From NCBI GenBank assembly GCA_963704805.1, contig CAVPHS010000002.1, forward strand, positions 260,709-324,708: a DNA stretch of 64,000 bases, read 5' to 3'. Positions 62,926-64,000 of the stretch are shown piece after piece; position 1 is the stretch's first letter, and every line of letters begins with the position of its first letter. Below the pieces are notes generated by a model. The model had not been told where the DNA came from. It was given only the letters and a program-made list of their open reading frames with translations, and did no database searches. Source of the stretch: an uncultured Gemmatimonadales bacterium (GTDB lineage Bacteria; Gemmatimonadota; Gemmatimonadetes; Gemmatimonadales; GWC2-71-9). The position numbers and the translations under genes are program-made.

Positions 62926-63318
62926 TTAGAAAATTGCCCGCCCCGGTGTGAGAACACGCAACACAGACAGCTGATTGAACCGCCGCTTATACTCGGCGAT
63001 GATCACCACAATCGCAGAGTCCGTCGCAGCTGAGGGTGCGGCGTGAACCACTTCGAGGACGTAGCTAGGCTCGTGACTAATACGCCCATCGGACGCCCGC
63101 CACTGACCCTCGGCGGCCCAGAACGTGAATCCGCTAGGGAGCCGAGAACTGACAACTTCTCGAACAAACACCGCCCAGACCGAATCCGTGACACCCAGCG
63201 TGTCGCCAATGTTGCGACCGAAATACAAGCGCTCGGTGACGATCGAGTCTGTCGCCGCGGACCGAAGCGCCGGTGCGCAGCCGCAAAGCAGGAAGAGGAG
63301 CGCAGCCTTCACATTCAC
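62926..63318 (-). CDS. Small lipoprotein (DUF3574-like, tentative)
   Basis: 130-aa ORF with the lipobox MNVKAALLFLLCGCA. The RLYFGRNIG region resembles my recollection of DUF3574. Confidence 0.55.
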   Translation of the reverse strand: MNVKAALLFLLCGCAPALRSAATDSIVTERLYFGRNIGDTLGVTDSVWAVFVREVVSSRLPSGFTFWAAEGQWRASDGRISHEPSYVLEVVHAAPSAATDSAIVVIIAEYKRRFNQLSVLRVLTPGRAIF

Positions 63319-63455
63319 AACGGAATTCTAGCGCACGGCGGTCGAAACCGCGTCCAGCGCCGATCCGTTCCGGAGACAGCAGTCCCGCCATGCGGTGATC
63401 CTCGAGCGGAAAGAGTGTAGCTTGGGGCGATCGGCCCTCTTGGCAAGGAGCGCTC

Positions 63456-64000
63456 ATGACGAGAACCCGGATTCCCTGGCACGTCACGGCCGTCCTCGTA
63501 GCCGCGACGAGTGCCGTGGTCGGCGTGATCTGGGACATCTCCTGGCACCGGACCATCGGGCGGGACACGTTCTGGACTCCCGCCCACATGGCCATCTACG
63601 CCAGCGGCGTGATCGCCGGTCTCACCTGCGGCTGGCTGGTCTTGAAGACCACTTTCGCCGGCAGCGAGGAGGAACGGGCCGCCGGCGTCTCGTTCTGGGG
63701 CTTCCGCGGCCCGCTCGGGGCCTGGCTCTGCATCTGGGGCGCGCTCGCGATGATCGTCTCCGCACCGTTCGACAACTGGTGGCACAACGCCTACGGTCTC
63801 GACGTCAAAGTGCTCTCGCCGCCGCACGTGATCCTGGCCCTTGGGTTCACCGGGATCCAGCTGGGGGCGATGCTGATGGTCCTCGCGTTGCAGAACCGCG
63901 CGGGTGCCGATGCCCGCCGCGCGTACGGCTGGCTGCTGGCCTACGGCTTCGGCATCCTGGTGCTCAACCTGTCCATCATGGGGTTCGAGCAGATCGGCTT
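63456..64000 (+). CDS. Multi-pass membrane protein of unknown function, 3'-truncated by the window edge
   Basis: It is not in the ORF track because there is no stop in the window. ATG at 63456 lies 5 nt after AAGGAG. My translation is MTRTRIPWHVTAVLVAATSAVVGVIWDISWHRTIGRDTFWTPAHMAIYASGVIAGL..., with several hydrophobic helices. Confidence 0.6.
   Translation, partial: MTRTRIPWHVTAVLVAATSAVVGVIWDISWHRTIGRDTFWTPAHMAIYASGVIAGLTCGWLVLKTTFAGSEEERAAGVSFWGFRGPLGAWLCIWGALAMIVSAPFDNWWHNAYGLDVKVLSPPHVILALGFTGIQLGAMLMVLALQNRAGADARRAYGWLLAYGFGILVLNLSIMGFEQIG

Noticed and set aside
1-64000. CRISPR arrays, tRNA/rRNA genes, IS elements, integrases, phage genes, and known defence or toxin-antitoxin systems.
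   Set aside because: I saw no spaced direct-repeat arrays, no transposase, integrase, reverse-transcriptase or nuclease-like ORFs, and no intergenic region with tRNA arms. The short GGGGTTCGAG near 15934 lacks a complementary T-stem and acceptor context.

Overview
This is a visibly high-GC bacterial chromosomal segment (GC not computed). It is densely coding, with about 55 protein genes and one small RNA. By eye I found no rRNA, tRNA, CRISPR array, IS element or prophage.

- **1-20.8 kb, almost all minus strand:** a housekeeping run of dnaJ, grpE, an alpha/beta hydrolase, cinA, pgsA, mglA, mglB, recR, ybaB, dnaX and SRP RNA (ffs). It continues with an MPN/JAB membrane protein, ltaE, yihY, a YtxH-like gene, fba, an MBL hydrolase, pyk, marR and nrdJ.
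- **21-34 kb:** a cell-envelope and Ser/Thr-phospho-signalling neighbourhood. It holds a PEGA/TonB-C Ser/Thr kinase, a GWxTD protein, an HExxH-propeller-Omp85 fusion and an amidase. Divergent from the amidase is a three-gene operon: FHA/FHA, PP2C, and FHA-TM-trypsin.
- **34-53 kb:** secreted CAZyme-type genes (GH130, GH43+discoidin, PQQ dehydrogenase with a cytochrome c insert, esterase, GH53, GH2, discoidin/clan-A-like) mixed with hypothetical secreted proteins.
- **53-64 kb:** SulP, ppk2, mltF, asd and thrB-thrA-thrC.

I could not identify a recognisable defence, toxin or mobile system. The most system-like novelties are:
- the FHA/PP2C/FHA-protease module and its envelope neighbourhood;
- a pair of paralogous uncharacterised Zn-ribbon proteins flanking a MOSC-like gene;
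- several unexplained DNA elements: a GATC heptad array at the ffs promoter, a 123-bp nested inverted repeat, and a decayed four-helix-bundle gene framed by inverted repeats.

Three conserved genes (ltaE, fba, nrdJ) each need exactly +1 nt in a homopolymer run to be intact. That pattern points to homopolymer under-calling in the assembly rather than biology. All family assignments come from my own reading of motifs; no searches were run.
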